Shown piece after piece: positions 39,625-53,900 of a DNA stretch of 64,000 nucleotides. Source of the stretch: Chrysomallon squamiferum (taxonomy: Eukaryota > Animalia > Mollusca); contig CM022665.1 of the NCBI GenBank assembly GCA_012295275.1, positions 17,484,001 to 17,548,000 on the forward strand, in the 5' to 3' direction. Under the pieces are notes generated by a model. It was not told the origin of the DNA. It did not search any database and saw only the letters and a list, made by a program, of their open reading frames with translations. The first letter of the stretch is position 1, and each line of letters begins with the position of its first letter. Both the position numbers and the translations under genes were made by a program.

Positions 39625-42464
39625 GAAACCTAAGGTCTTAACCAGTATATTAAATTTTGTAGACAAGTAAGTTGTTTGCTAGTCTGTAATACTCTAATTT
39701 TTATTTGTTGGCTAATATGGGGGAGTAATGATATGAGGCCTTAATTGGGATAATTGATTTGTTTTTAAATAACAATAGTAATAATATTAATTAATTAATT
39801 AAAATATTAAAAAATAGAAAATAAAAATTCGATCCCACTATAAGACGCCGTGTATACTGTCCTGCGTGAAAGAACAAAATGTGTTAATAAACTTTATAAC
39901 GTGTATGCATGATTAGATATAGTCACCTAGGACATACATTGTTTATTCGCATATATAACAAAAATCAAAAATAAAATAATTTACTGGTGGACAAAAATAG
40001 ATTGATACATTACTTTATAAAAGAGTTGTATTAATTTTACATTTTATTTAAAGGCGCGAAATAAAACAAAGTAAATAAAAAATTATATTAAAATTTATCT
40101 TCAGTAATTAATTAATTAATTAAATATAAGGAAGAAGAAGGGGAAAAAAAGTCCGGAAGCAAATGCTGCTGCTATTATTACTGTCAATACATAATTACCT
40201 CTTTCTCTGTGAACAAACTATCCAAATCAGTCGTCTGCCAAGATCAGCAGAAGTGACTAGAACGTGTGACGTAACATTAAAACCAGAGTGTATGCAATAT
40301 TGTCCTTACTGATAATTCAAAATTTCCGAGTAAATAAATGTGTGCAGATTATTATTATTTATTATTGTTGTTGTTGTTGTTGTTTTTATTAGTATGTATA
40401 GATATGGTTTTAACATTATTTTCATCTTTCAGCCATTAAATGTTTTCTCATTTTGTCATTCTTATATGTATGCAGTCAACTGATAAAAATATGTGAATTA
40501 TTCATAAGTGATTTTTGTCTGTTTATTGTTTGTATGTTTAGTTTGATGACTCAAGCAGAAAACAAATTATGCAGTTACCGTTTCAAATGAAATAACTTAT
40601 GGTAATTAAGAAAAGAAAATGTACATTAATAAAATATAAAATAGGAAGCCGAAACCTGTTGTGCCCATAGTCACAAATCCGATACTTGTTAAAAGAAAAC
40701 GATTCATTATTCAAAAGATTTATATTTGGGAAGTGAATGTAAAATTATCATTGCTGTATTATCATTATGATTATGGAGAATGAATGTTTGTTATTTTAAA
40801 TTAATTAATTAATTTAATTTTGTTAGTTTTCTTTTTCTTTCTTTCTTTCTTTCTTTCTTTTTATTGTTGTTGTTGTTGTTATTATTATTATTTCTTCCTT
40901 TTTATTTTATCTGTGTGTATATATAATTAAAGTAGTTATTTTATTTTCGAGTTTTTTTTTGTTTTTGTTTTTTGTTTCCTCCACCACGTAGGCCTAGTAC
41001 ATTGAGGAATTAACTTCAAGTAAGGGAGATAACCACATTGTTAATAAATTCTGTTTCTTGACATATAATTAACGTGAAATGCTTGTTACAGTTTCTAATG
41101 ACAAAAAAAATATTCTATATAGTACGCCAAAAAAAAAAAAAAAAAAAAAAAAAAAAGGTTTTTATAATATATTCAAGAATTTGTAATTTGTGAGGAATTA
41201 TTATTCTGTGGTTTTAAATTCTTTATTCATTAAAACATTTAATATTTGTAAATCCCTGTGATTTGTTTTTTTAAATGTTTGAAAACAGTTGCTGTGCGTT
41301 GCTGTCAACTCGTGTATGAGTGGTGTGTGCATGTGTCTGTATTTATGTAAGTCTTTTTTTTTTTACTTACTTACCTTCAAAATGCAGTAAAATATTTTTA
41401 TAACTATTTATTTATAAAAATTAGTAAATAATAAATAAATATAAATAATAATTTTAAAATATATATTTTTTCTTTTATTTAATTATATTTGTATTCTTTC
41501 TTTCTTCTTTTCATACATATGTATGTATGTATGTATTATGATTTATTTTTCTCTAATATTCATTTGTGGTTAGGAATTACCTTTATTGTAATATAACTTT
41601 AATGGTTATTAAAAAGTTAAATAATAAATATGTTAAATCAAAAAAATAAAATAGCTAAAATTGATTTTTGTCACCATGCAGTGTTTACCCAGATCACATC
41701 ATATAAGCAATTCATGTACCAAACCATTTATCTGGTAAGACTGGGAGCAGGAGTTGTGGTGATTTCTGGATTTGTCAGATTTCAGGATAAAGGATAAAAC
41801 TACTTAAAATATAAAATAAACAAAGAAAAATAAAGAAGAGATACAAATTAATATAATTCTAAACCAGGGTCTGTTTTACCTTCATTAATTACTTAAAATT
41901 CTTAAAATACTTCTATAGATTATGCTTTTCACAAGCACGTTGCATTTCTGCAATTCTTCTAGACATGATAATAAAGGAAAATGAGATTAAAGTGAAAGAA
42001 AAAAATATCTTGTTATGAGAGAATCACCTGTACACAGCAACATTTCTCTTGAACTGACTCAGCACAAACTAATAGAAAATACACCTAACTGAAAAGTAGT
42101 CTGTTCAAAAAATAGCTGGTTTTCTGGTTCCTCCAGATTTTGTTTGATGCCTGCAGTGTTTATAGGATTAGCAGCAATTATTCTGATGTAATGTAGCTCT
42201 CGAATACATCACAGTAACATGGTCAAAACATTTTAGGCTACAACAAATTTCTAATCGGTGATGTAAAGAATCTTTGTGATTCCAACTGAACCCAAACTTG
42301 ATCACATGCTACTCAGTATCTCTCTATTTATTGTTTTTGTTTCAGTTTTCTCACTACTTTTTGATTTACTTAGATGTTCTTTGCAAATATTTTAATGGTG
42401 TTATAAAATGCCATTACATCAGCCTTTCTGATTATTTTCAGGATTTGTTGTAAACTGCACATAA

Positions 42465-42680
42465 TGAGATTTAGGTATATAACAATATCTAAAATGCAAA
42501 GCCTAGTGTTTAGATAAATCTGAATATATGAAATACACAGCCTTGTGTTTAGATAAATCAGAATATATAAAATACACAGCCTAGTGTTTTAATAAATCTG
42601 AATATATAAAATACATGGTCAAATGTTTAGATAAATCGCAATATCTAAAATACGGTCCATTGTTTAGATATGTCAGAATT
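42465..42680. repeat. ~39-bp minisatellite in D2 (one extra unit)
   Basis: Same unit as 26066-26240. Confidence 0.85.
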
Positions 42681-43792
42681 TCAGTTGCTCAGTCTAGTCT
42701 TTAAGTAAACAAGAACAGAGATTTTAAGTATTTCTTTTATATTTTAATAAATATTTAATAATTATGTTTAAAGTTCTTTATAAATTAATGATTCATTCTG
42801 GTGAAAAGGAATGAAATATTAATAATACTGTTCTGATCAGATTACTTAAGCAAATATTTATTTTCAGCCCTGAATAAATACAATGGGAAGTGAAACAATA
42901 AAATATCATGCAGAGTCTATAATTGTTCTTCTTCTGACATTCTATGATTTACAAATGCAATTATTAAATTTTAAATTAAGATTTCTGCTAATGTCAGTAA
43001 CTTTACTATACTATTTTTACAATTAAATTATATTTTATATGTAATAAATTCTGACTTTATCCGTCTGTACTTAAGTCTGAAATAAGTTAGGTAAAACTAA
43101 TTATTAAAACAACCAAATTATTTTTGTTCTATTTACAAATCTAATAAAACATTTAAAAATAACCTTTCCAAGATGCAGTTGGCCTACTTCCACCATTATT
43201 TATCTATTATTCTATATTAATTAAATATCTTGACTAATTTAAAATGAAGCTACAAGCCTATTCAGTAGAAATGATCCCATAAATATATTCTTCAACATTA
43301 ATGTTGGCATTATAAAGGTGCTTGAGTGTAGTATATAAACTGAATTTTTATTATTATTATTATTATTATTATGTTTATTTTCTTATATCATAATTATGCC
43401 TGTTAAACAAGAATTCAGAGAGAACTGATGAAATATCCTTGGGCACACCAGTGTCCTACTGCTGTAATTTCCCTTGAAATGTTTAAATTAAACTATAGTT
43501 TGACTTTCAAATCAATATGAGTAAATTTAAAGAAGAGCAACAAATGACTAGTTAATTTGTCATGAAATCTAGGCCTGCAAGTGTGAATGTTTTTTCTTCT
43601 TCTATTTTTATAATTTTTAAATTAAACTTATGAGAGTTTAGGTTTGTACTATGATTATTTTCTTAAATTAAAATTTAGAGTTGATTGTATTTAACAATAG
43701 CATATTGGCAATAATCAGATTAAGTACTGTTTTATTTTTTTATGTGAATAAGATTGCAAGTATGGATAACATAAGTCAGTTCAAATAGAATA

Positions 43793-44110
43793 CTGTGGAA
43801 TATCCGGTTACGAACTTAATTCATTCCAGAACTTGGTTCATAAACTGAACTGTATGTAAACTGAAGCAATGTCAGACGCATGAACACTACTCTCACGTTT
43901 TTCAGTTATTTCTATGATACATTTATACTTTCCACCAGCATTATCACTTTCAGTTTTTGTTTTCTTGGGTGCCATAATAAAACATACACATAAAATAAGC
44001 AAAACTTTAAAAACTTTAAAACATGTCAGTGCACAATCTCAATGCAAAAGGTATTGAGCTGCAACTGCGTACAGAAGACTGATGTCAAAAGCATCCTTCA
44101 GTAAAACGAA
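43793..44110. mobile_element. Tigger/pogo-like relic, present only in D2
   Basis: TA + CTGTGGAATATCCGGTTACGAACTTAATTCATTCCAGAA resembles Tigger termini; minus-strand MAPKKTK.. start at 43975. Right end uncertain. Confidence 0.45.
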
Positions 44111-47100
44111 AAAATACAAATTGATGATATATATTTGCTATAGGGCATGCCTATAATCCTATAATGAAAGCATCTTTTCTTATCTTAACTGACCAAGATT
44201 ATTGTTCATAATTTTTTCTCCCTCGGATTTTTTCTCCATTTGTTTCAGTGTGTATATAAATAAGGAGTGTTTTATTATTAGTAATAATAGTAGCAGTAGA
44301 TGCTGCTGTTGTAAAACTGTTAGTACATATTTCAACATTTAAAAGTCAAAAGCAATATAATACAAATGAATATGCGGTAGGTTTTAGGGGTTCACTTTGA
44401 TTGTACAACATCAACTAAAAATTACTTTTAAAATCTAATTAAAATGTACTTAATGAACATTTTACTAATAATTTATTAACTATTATGTTAATTATATCAC
44501 AAATTTAATGACAAATGAAGACAGATAATATAAAAGCAAAATTTTATTAAAGAACCAAGCATGTACATCTAAATATCTTAATCATTTCCGAGAACATTAG
44601 AAAATGTAATGACACAAAAAAAATGAATTAATCACAAAAGCTAAATTAAATATAACATCAGATCAGCATTTCATTTTTTTTTTTTCTTCTGTATCAGTAT
44701 TATTAGATAAAATAAATCCTCATTATTCAAACCTAAAGTCAGTTATTTTATTTGGCACTTACTTAAGTAAATAAGCATCAAAATGAAAACAAAATAAAAT
44801 ACAAAATTCGAACAAACATCTTTTGAGAGCAACATAAGTATGTAGGTTTTTTTTACTAAAAATCATGTTACAAACACATCGTTACAGTTTCTAGCAAAGA
44901 ATTAATAAATACATAACAAAAGGCATCTTTGGGTTTAAAGTCAACACAAAAAAGTAAATTTATCATGAAAATAATTTTATATATAAAAAAAATAACAAGC
45001 ACAAAAATAATTCAGTAAAATCTTTCATGGCTTCAAAAAGTTGTTGAAATTGGCATTTTACTCATTAAATAAGCTATGAAAATAACATGTTACATTGACA
45101 CCAAACAAAACATTCAATGATGTGCAATCATTTAGATATTTATGAAAACCATAATAAAAGGTAGCATAAACAAAATCGAAAATAGCTACAAATATAACAT
45201 TAAAACATGTTTAAACATTTTTAAAACTAGAGATTTCACCTTGAAACATTTCTTCTAATGAAAACTATGATAGAAATTACACCAAAAACAAACATGAAGC
45301 AAAAGTAGTAACATTTTGTCTTTCTGCTCCTTTTTATTTATTTATTCATTCATTTATTTATTTGTTTAATGTTTTTATTTGTTTTTGTTTTTTTCTTACA
45401 CTCAACAAAAATGTAACAAACACAAAAACTGCTTCCAGTCATTTAAAATCAAAATTATATTAATTAATTTAACTGTAGACCTACTTGATGAAGTCTGCAC
45501 TGTCTTCAGTTCATATCTAAACAATTTCAAAACAGTTATCACATTAAATTAACCTTGCACAAAATGAAGATGAAAAACTTTTAAGCTCTGCCTAAATGTA
45601 AAGAGAAACAATTCATATAAAAAGCCAAATGGAAGTCACAAACATAGAAATAATTATACAAAAAGGTATAATCCAAAAAGACATGATTATATAAATTTTG
45701 CATAGCAAAAAGGTAAAATACTAAAGATATTTGCAAATAATTTTTGTTTTCCTTCAACAGATATAACATTGATTAAAACATGTTCACAAACATAGCAAAT
45801 GAGTTTAGAAAATGTAAAAAAAAAAACAATCAATCATAATAGAAGCATCTTTAGTTAAATAATAAATTCAAATCTGTGTTGAAAAAAAAAAAAAGTTCTA
45901 ATCTAGCAAAATATTAACATTAAAATATAATATATAAAAGCATCATGATTAATCTTTACAAATACAAGTAATTTTCCATGATTGGTGTATTTTAAAAAAT
46001 AAATTTATAGCCAATATTTCACATATTCTTTAAGCCATGTATCTAACAGCTATGTTATTATTGACACAAAGGTCAGAAATCATTTGATATATAGAATATA
46101 TGTTTCTATCTGACTGGCATTATTTAGCAAACCAATAACAGTATATTCAACCAGCAAGAAGAAAATATAAACAGTATCCTGCATACAAAGCACAGCTAAG
46201 GTAATAAGAAAACAGCATAGTTTAACAGATACTGTTACATTAACAAATGCAGTAAAACACACAATATTTAACACAAGTCCTTGTAACAATGTAACAAATT
46301 AAAAAATCTGCTTTCTAATTTTTAAAAACAAAAATATATATTTATATTAATGTTTTAATGGTTAATAACTGATTCATCTCTAAATTTCAAAACAATGAAA
46401 TTTATTTTCAAGAATACATGTTGAAAAAAAATGTTATGCTCTGCATACATATAAATGAAATATTACAGACTTATTTCATACAAATGTACTGAAATCTAAT
46501 CACAGATTTCAAAGATGTTAACAATGAAAAAATAACACATACTTGTAGATGAATATTACACAGCACAAAAAGGTCCAAAAGAAAACTGAATCATTTTTGT
46601 TCATGTTGATCTACATTTGTTTTTCTCTTTCTTTTCCCCCAAGAAATGATATCAACACTATATACATTGTTAATATAGTAAGAAAATGTTAAAACAACAC
46701 AATAATAATAATAATTAAAAAAAGCAGCAAAACAACAAATTCAGCTTGAAAACATACATGTGCATAAATGAAATTAAGTTTAAAAAAATTAAGATAGTAA
46801 ACAATTTTCAAGTATATTTAAAGTAGTGAAATTACAAAATATTTAACAGCAACTATAATAACGAATATAAAGTGATATAAGAAGCTTGAAGCAAAACAAT
46901 ATTTCTAAAATGGATTAACTTAGCAATACACATGTTAAAATTAAATCTGATTATAAGTCATAATGAAAATGTAAATCCTAAAAATGATCAAGATTTTCAG
47001 AACAATTTTGTCAGCCAATGTTTACTGATTCAGTAAAGTAAAATATCATAGCGGAACAATATTAGAAAAATATTAATATAATATATTATCTTACAAAAAT

Positions 47101-47751
47101 ACAGTGTTATATTTGTTGTATTCAGAAAGCATGTTGTATAATAAATGGAATATAATATTATTTATACATATATATACTTATAATCTAAGAATGTACTATT
47201 AATAAAAACAAATCTGATACATAAGAAAAATACTTTTCAAAAAAAAGATTTTTTTATATATATACCCATCACCTACAGTATATATATGTATATATAACAT
47301 TATTTATGCTAATATAAAAACTTGTACATAATTATGATAAACATCAAATATAAATCCTATTAGACTTTTCTTTATTGAAATTAATAAAAAAAAAGAAAAA
47401 AAAAGAGGAAATAATTCGACAATAAAACAAATGACATAATACATACTTCAGTTCTCAGTCATTCAGTTACTGTTAACTGTTTTTATAAAAAGTCAGTCAG
47501 TCTTTAAGACTAGTCCACACTAATAATGTTTTGTTTGTATTCAGTTCACATTAAGTCAAATTTTATTACTACATTTAATTCACTTTGTGTTAGTTTAGTT
47601 AACTGTAACACACATTTTTCATTTAACTGAATGTATGTCAATAGTTTATGTGTTACTTAGATTTCTGGAAATTAAGTTTTTTTCTTCTTTTCACTGATAA
47701 TTTTCCTGTTGTTTTGAATGTCAACATCATAATCATGGGAGATATTTTACT

Positions 47752-47930
47752 TTATAGAGCTTGTCTTCTCTTTTCTTCTGTTTGTTTAAAAACTGTAAGC
47801 CAAGCCAGAGTTGCCTGACTTCCCTTGATGCTGTCTGGGAAGTTTTGTAGATCTTCTACAAGTAATGAGTCTGCAGTATTGGTATCATACAAAGGACTGT
47901 TCAATATTACCATAAATTACATCTCGTAAT
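47752..47930 (-). CDS. RNF213: Paralogue B terminal coding exon (frameshift near 47900)
   Basis: LRDVIY../..NFPDSIKGSQATLAW..RRQAL*; TAA at 47752-47754. Confidence 0.8.
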
Positions 47931-50900
47931 CTGAAATAAAAAAGATAATTCAATCATAAATGACTTGTCAAGACACTTTAACAAATCTGTCAAAACAAAG
48001 AAAGTAATCAATGTTGGGTATGTGGTTCTGGGAAATGGTGAGGGCAACTACACTCCAAAATGAATGCACCAGAGGTGGGGTAATATCTGGGGAAAGCAAG
48101 AAAAAATTGGTACTTGTAAATTTTTGAGCCACTCAACAATGCTGCTTCCCTGAACTAGAGTCCTCATACCTCAATGATTAACTGCCAGAATATAGTTTAA
48201 AAAATGATAAAAATTATTTAATGATATGAGTTATTATTCATACTTGTATCTTTTCAAGTCAACTGCATCTTCATCACGATGGGCTTGTGGCTGTGCTATC
48301 CTCAGTAAAATGCAGTCAAAAATCTCCTGAAGTAGAAATTCCAGCTTGTTAAGAGTCTGGTGTTGACAAAATGCTACCAACTCATTTGTTTGTTCTTGAG
48401 ACAACTCTTCCTTCATATCTTGGCCCAAATTGTCAAAAGCATCCTTCAGTAGAACACAAAAATACAAATATAAATAAAAATAAAAATATGAATGAACAGT
48501 TAGAGCAGAAAATACAAAAACTATTTTTTTTAAATAATGCTTTCTTAAATATGACTTGAATATTAGGAGACTTCTAAATAAAGAATGTATGTGTCCTGTA
48601 TACTGGCTTCATGACAGGCTGTTCTTGACTAATGCTAATTTGAAAACCGACAGACAATACATAACTCACCTGATTATGTGCTGCAAGCACCTGAGATTTT
48701 TCCATATTTAGCAGAAGCCAAAGACTTTGAACATGCTTAAATCTGCAAACCTGCTGGGCCTTAAAAAATTAATTTTAAAACATTGTTTAGAACATTCCTA
48801 TTTACACAATTTTCAATATGCCTTTATTATCAATGTAACAAGGTTATTTAAAATATCTCATTTAAATTAAATAAATAAAAATCTTTTATTATAAAATTTA
48901 AATGGAACACCTAGCCTTGAAGAGGCCCCAAATAAAGCAATATATGTGAAAATATTTTTCACGCTGATATTAAAATATATACAGACATTAAAAATAACTA
49001 TCAGGTACCTTTTGACTTGTGATTGTTTGTTTCATTTTGAGGACTTCAATCATAAACAGCTGCAGAGAGTGGGAATCATCACCTCCGAGAGACTTGAGGA
49101 AAGATACAGCAATGTCAAGGTTGTCTATTGAGTCACAGATATCTGGCAGACTGGCATGAAGCTCTGCTTTGATCTGAAGCTGGACAGCTGGACTCAACAC
49201 TTCCTGGATGATGAAACACAAAGACTCAAATAATTTATTTTATTAAATCAGTTATATCTTTATTTAGCTGATACTGTCCAGTGAGCCAATTGCTGAATTA
49301 CACATATAAACATTTTTGTGTGCACATTTACTGATGAATGAGAATCATCTTAAAACATTAGTTATAAAGTGCAAGCTGTCTCTTTTATAGGAAATAATTA
49401 GATGTTTTTAAAACAAGACAAAGGAATTTCAATAAATTAAATTAAGTTTGGGCTAACATGGACTAGTGAATGTTTTATTGCTCATCCTTAATACTATAGT
49501 TCTCATGAAAACATATATGTAAGCCTAATACAATGGAATGCATAAAATAGTATTTGTTTTTTTCAATATTTTATTTGTTTTTTTCAATATTTTATTATTT
49601 ATTTATTTTGTTTAATTTTATTATTTTTATTATTTTTTTATTTTTTTTTTATTTTATTTTATTTTATTTTATTATTATTTTTTTTTCATGGAATGAAAAA
49701 TGTGAGTAGTTAATAAGATAATAATAAAAATCAGTTAGGTATTTAGGTTTGTTATAGGAACTGTTTTTCTTGTTTATTTGATTCTGATATATAAAGACAT
49801 TTTTCAACAATTTTATGTCTTTTTATGTAAAATTTGTATGTGTCCATATATATAAAATAGTACCTGTTTTACTTTGCTGCGCAACGTCCTAAACACACCA
49901 GCATTGGCAGTGTCTGCTCGATATAACATAGTTTCCAGCTGGAAAAATTAATTCATATCATTTCCACTGAATGAAAACTTTAACTGATGTCAAAGTACAT
50001 TGTGAGGACTTTGCATTTATTTTTCTGGATGTTTACAAAAATGCTTTTAAATGATGATTACTCAGAATTTTTTTATTTATTTGCATTATTATGTATGTTT
50101 AATATATATTCCAGGAAAATATTAGGAAAAATATCTTCGTTCAAAATATGCCTGACAAATGTAAGATTATGGAACTTAAAAAAACATTTTATCATCTGAT
50201 TTTAAACTTTTGTAATCAATTACAATTTGTTCAGTAAATCATGAAAACAATCAGACTGGCTGATGTGATTGCATCTTATGCCATATTTTATAATTTCATT
50301 ACAATATTTGCACAGAACATCATAACAGATCAAAAACTTAATGAATAAAAATTGAAATAAAATTGCTCGTTTAAATTTGAGCAATTTACTTACTGCAATA
50401 ATACCGTTTTGTTGATGAACTTTAGACTTGGCTTGCAACACCATTTCTGTAAGTTGATTTTCAAAACCATCAAAATCATACTCCACTTTTGTTCCCTCAC
50501 CCAGTTTGAAGGAATAGCTGCAGTTAGCTAGAACCAGTGGCAGCAAATCTTTCTCTGGATGGTAACAAATGAGATGATTTGCCTTCAGGTCTTTCACTTG
50601 AACTGTGGGAAGGCTGCTATTAAGTGAAAAAAAAAAAATGTATATATCAAAAATAAAAGTTTCTCTAATTATACCTTTTTATCAAGATGTTTATTTATAA
50701 TGCATTCTATTTAAATGCAGTAAAACACATTAAAGTTAGTGTAACTTCTTATACAAGTGAGAAAAGGGTTCTTCTCTATTGCATTTAGAATAAAGTTGCC
50801 AACTGGAATTTAAAACTTAAATGTTTATAAACAAAGAGATATAAAGCTTTTAACTAATTTATCTGAATTATTTCTAAAATAAATGTATGTAATATCCAAA

Positions 50901-53900
50901 TACATTAACCTCTGTCTGTTAATTGCACTGTACATCTCAAGAAATTCATTGTGTTTTCTCAAGAGATACTCCAACAGAATGTACGAACAGAGTCCAGGTC
51001 CAGTGGTGGATGGCAGCAAGACAGCAAGCTGGGAGTCTGAAGTGATCTTTTTATTTCTGAAATCTTCTGGGAGTCTGATTAAGACACCATGCAAACTCAA
51101 ACAACCTACAGACAATATTATTTAAATATCAGAACTTTAAACACTGTGACATAGCATTTATACAGTATATAATGAGACATTAATAACTTTGTGACATACA
51201 CCATATTGACAATTCTGCTCTAAGTGTTTGTTTTGTTCTCTTATTCAGGTTTACAGTTAATTAAAGACTACACTGGATACAACACTGTCAAAATATAATT
51301 TAACTCTGGGCATCTGGCAGTCATTGGCCTTTTTTCACCACTCTAAAATAAAATAATCACTTATGTTGATATTATGTAAATTAATTATGCCACTAAAATA
51401 AAAGACAAAACAATATTCTTTATTTTCTTAATTAAAATGTCTTTAATTATTAATTTAACAGATTTCTTAATTAATTTGTGTTAATTTAACAGATTTTGTC
51501 CTTACCATAATCCAACAGTTTTTCTTTAACACATTCCCAAGCAGCAACAAAGTTATTAAAGAGTTCCTCCATATTGATGTTGTTATCTGAAATTGAAAAA
51601 GAAATATCTATGGAGAGTGTCTAATTCTCAAATGCTTTTAGTAAATCAAAGACAACCATCATGCATATTTAACAAAGAAGCCATAATTGTACAAAACTAC
51701 CTAATTCAAAAATATAATCAGTATAACAAATCATTGTAGTTAATGGTGTAGATAAACTTACTATTTTTTTCTAAGTGTAAAACAATATCAAGTCACAAAA
51801 TAATAGAAATCAAAATCAAGTATGTGTAAAGATATAATTGTTTTTGAGAATGCTGATTATTAGAGTTTTAAAAATAAATCTTTTTGCAGCTTTTGACATC
51901 AGCTCTGTGGTGTTAAGCTTGCATAATTTTTAAATGTGCTACATTAATGTTCAGGACCTGCCTCTCAATGCAGAATTTGGTTTGGTTCTAATCAATATAT
52001 GTTAACCTGATAAGTGTTAAAGTCATAAGAGCAATTTGCAAATAGAAATTCAGTTTGCTGATGATAATTACAGATGTTTATGTAAAATTACAAAGTGATT
52101 GGGAATTACACTAAAGTTTAAAAAAAAAAAAGGTTTTCTCCATTCTGCAGTTTTCATTACCCAGTTGAATTAGACAGTGGATAATTTGGCTGTTAGTCAC
52201 ATGAACCTAATAAAGTATATCAAACATCAGTTTTGTTTTTAATGTGCTTAATAAAACATTGTTATTTCAGTATAATTCATCTGTTTTATTTTAAAAAGAA
52301 ATATAATTTGAACTTATCTGTTTATGTAAATGATGTAACTTTCATTATTTTTCTTAAATAACATTATCTTTCATTTAATTAAAGATTAAGAAGATGTTTT
52401 TATCTGTTTATGGATCCTTTCTTTCAGATTTCTAAGAACATCTTTTATGATCAAATGTTTATATGCTTCAAAGATTAAGAAAAATGTTTTTATCATGGTC
52501 CTCAAGATCTAAGAACATCTTTTATGAATTTATATGCAGCATCAAGTCAAGACGACGTCTGAATTTCAGCATCAAGTGACGCTGCAGAGTCAAAATACTT
52601 GGAATGTACTGCATTGCCTGAAGATAGTAACTCTGAAACAAAACAATTATCAATTTAAAAATAAATGTAATGAATGTTGAAGAATTAGCTTGATGAAACC
52701 TTTAGCCAAGTTAAATTTGTTTAATAACTCATTAATACCATTTCCTGACTAGCTTAAAAATAATCAAGTTGGCATTTTATAAATAAATAATTTCATCATT
52801 ACTTATTTACACATATAAATAAATACATAAAACAGGAACTAAAAATGTATTTTTTTTTTTTTTAAATAGATACCTACTGACACTTAAAAAAACCCTGTTC
52901 TTCTGTTAAATACTTTTTATTTTTTACAAATTTTCATAGTCTTGAACATTATTTACATTTTCAACTCTTTTGAAAATTTAATTTTGAAGAATTAATGTAT
53001 GACACATATAAATTAATGAATAAGCCATCATAAATGCTTTAAAAAGAAATGGTTATACTAGTAAAAAATAATAATAATAATAATATCCATATCTAAAATA
53101 AGCTAATTAATAAATGTGTAAAATCAGCTATTTAAGAAATATTTTTTAAAAATTACTTCTGAATGAAAAAGTCTCAAAACACGGTTGCTCTTCTCTTTCT
53201 TGGTATTTTCCATCTGGAGTTGGAATTCTCGTAGAAAATGATCCAGTGTGATATGTGAACGATAGCGCCACACATCAGGAATATCATGAAGATCTGCAAC
53301 TGACTTCAAATTATGTGTTGTGTCAACTTCATACAGAATGTTCAACAGTTTATCTTGTCCTTAAAAAACAACAACAATCAAAAGAATAAAATTAAATCAT
53401 TAGTTCTGACACGCATCATCAACTTTAGTGAGCAAACATTTCTATAAACCATTAAATAATTTGAGAAATGATTTATTATTAGAATTCTTGTAACATTTAA
53501 TTCACAGTACTTTCTATTTTTGTAAAGATACACATTTAATTTTTGTTTTCATTATTAATCATTTTATATGTCAAAGCAAGAAAGAAATGTTTTTAATGAC
53601 ACTCAATACATTTCTGATCAACAGTTATCTGTATACTGCTCAGAACCAAACAATAGCTATTCTTTTCACATGGCTAATTATCATGGCTTTTCATAAACCC
53701 ATAGTACGATAATGATTAAAACAAGATTATGTCAAAGATACAAAACACATTTTTAATACTAACCAAATCTTTTGTCTTTCATAATTCTGTGGTTTAGAGT
53801 TTGCAGTAAATTGTCCAGATCCTAAAAAAATAATATTATAAAAAACATCCATGGAGGAAGCTATAAGTAATATAAATAACTATACCAACATGTTTTGAAA

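Larger units (their letters stand above)
38317..44325 (+). repeat. Segmental duplication copy 2 (D2)
   Basis: Direct repeat of D1 with scattered substitutions and several indels. Confidence 0.95.

Noticed and set aside
23383-39666. Poly-Ile/Leu ORFs (23383-23601, 39361-39666) as membrane proteins
   Set aside because: Translations of AAT/ATT microsatellites.
22069-44325. LTR retrotransposon (D1/D2 as LTRs)
   Set aside because: No TG..CA ends, PBS/PPT, TSD or gag-pol; the interior is pure satellite.
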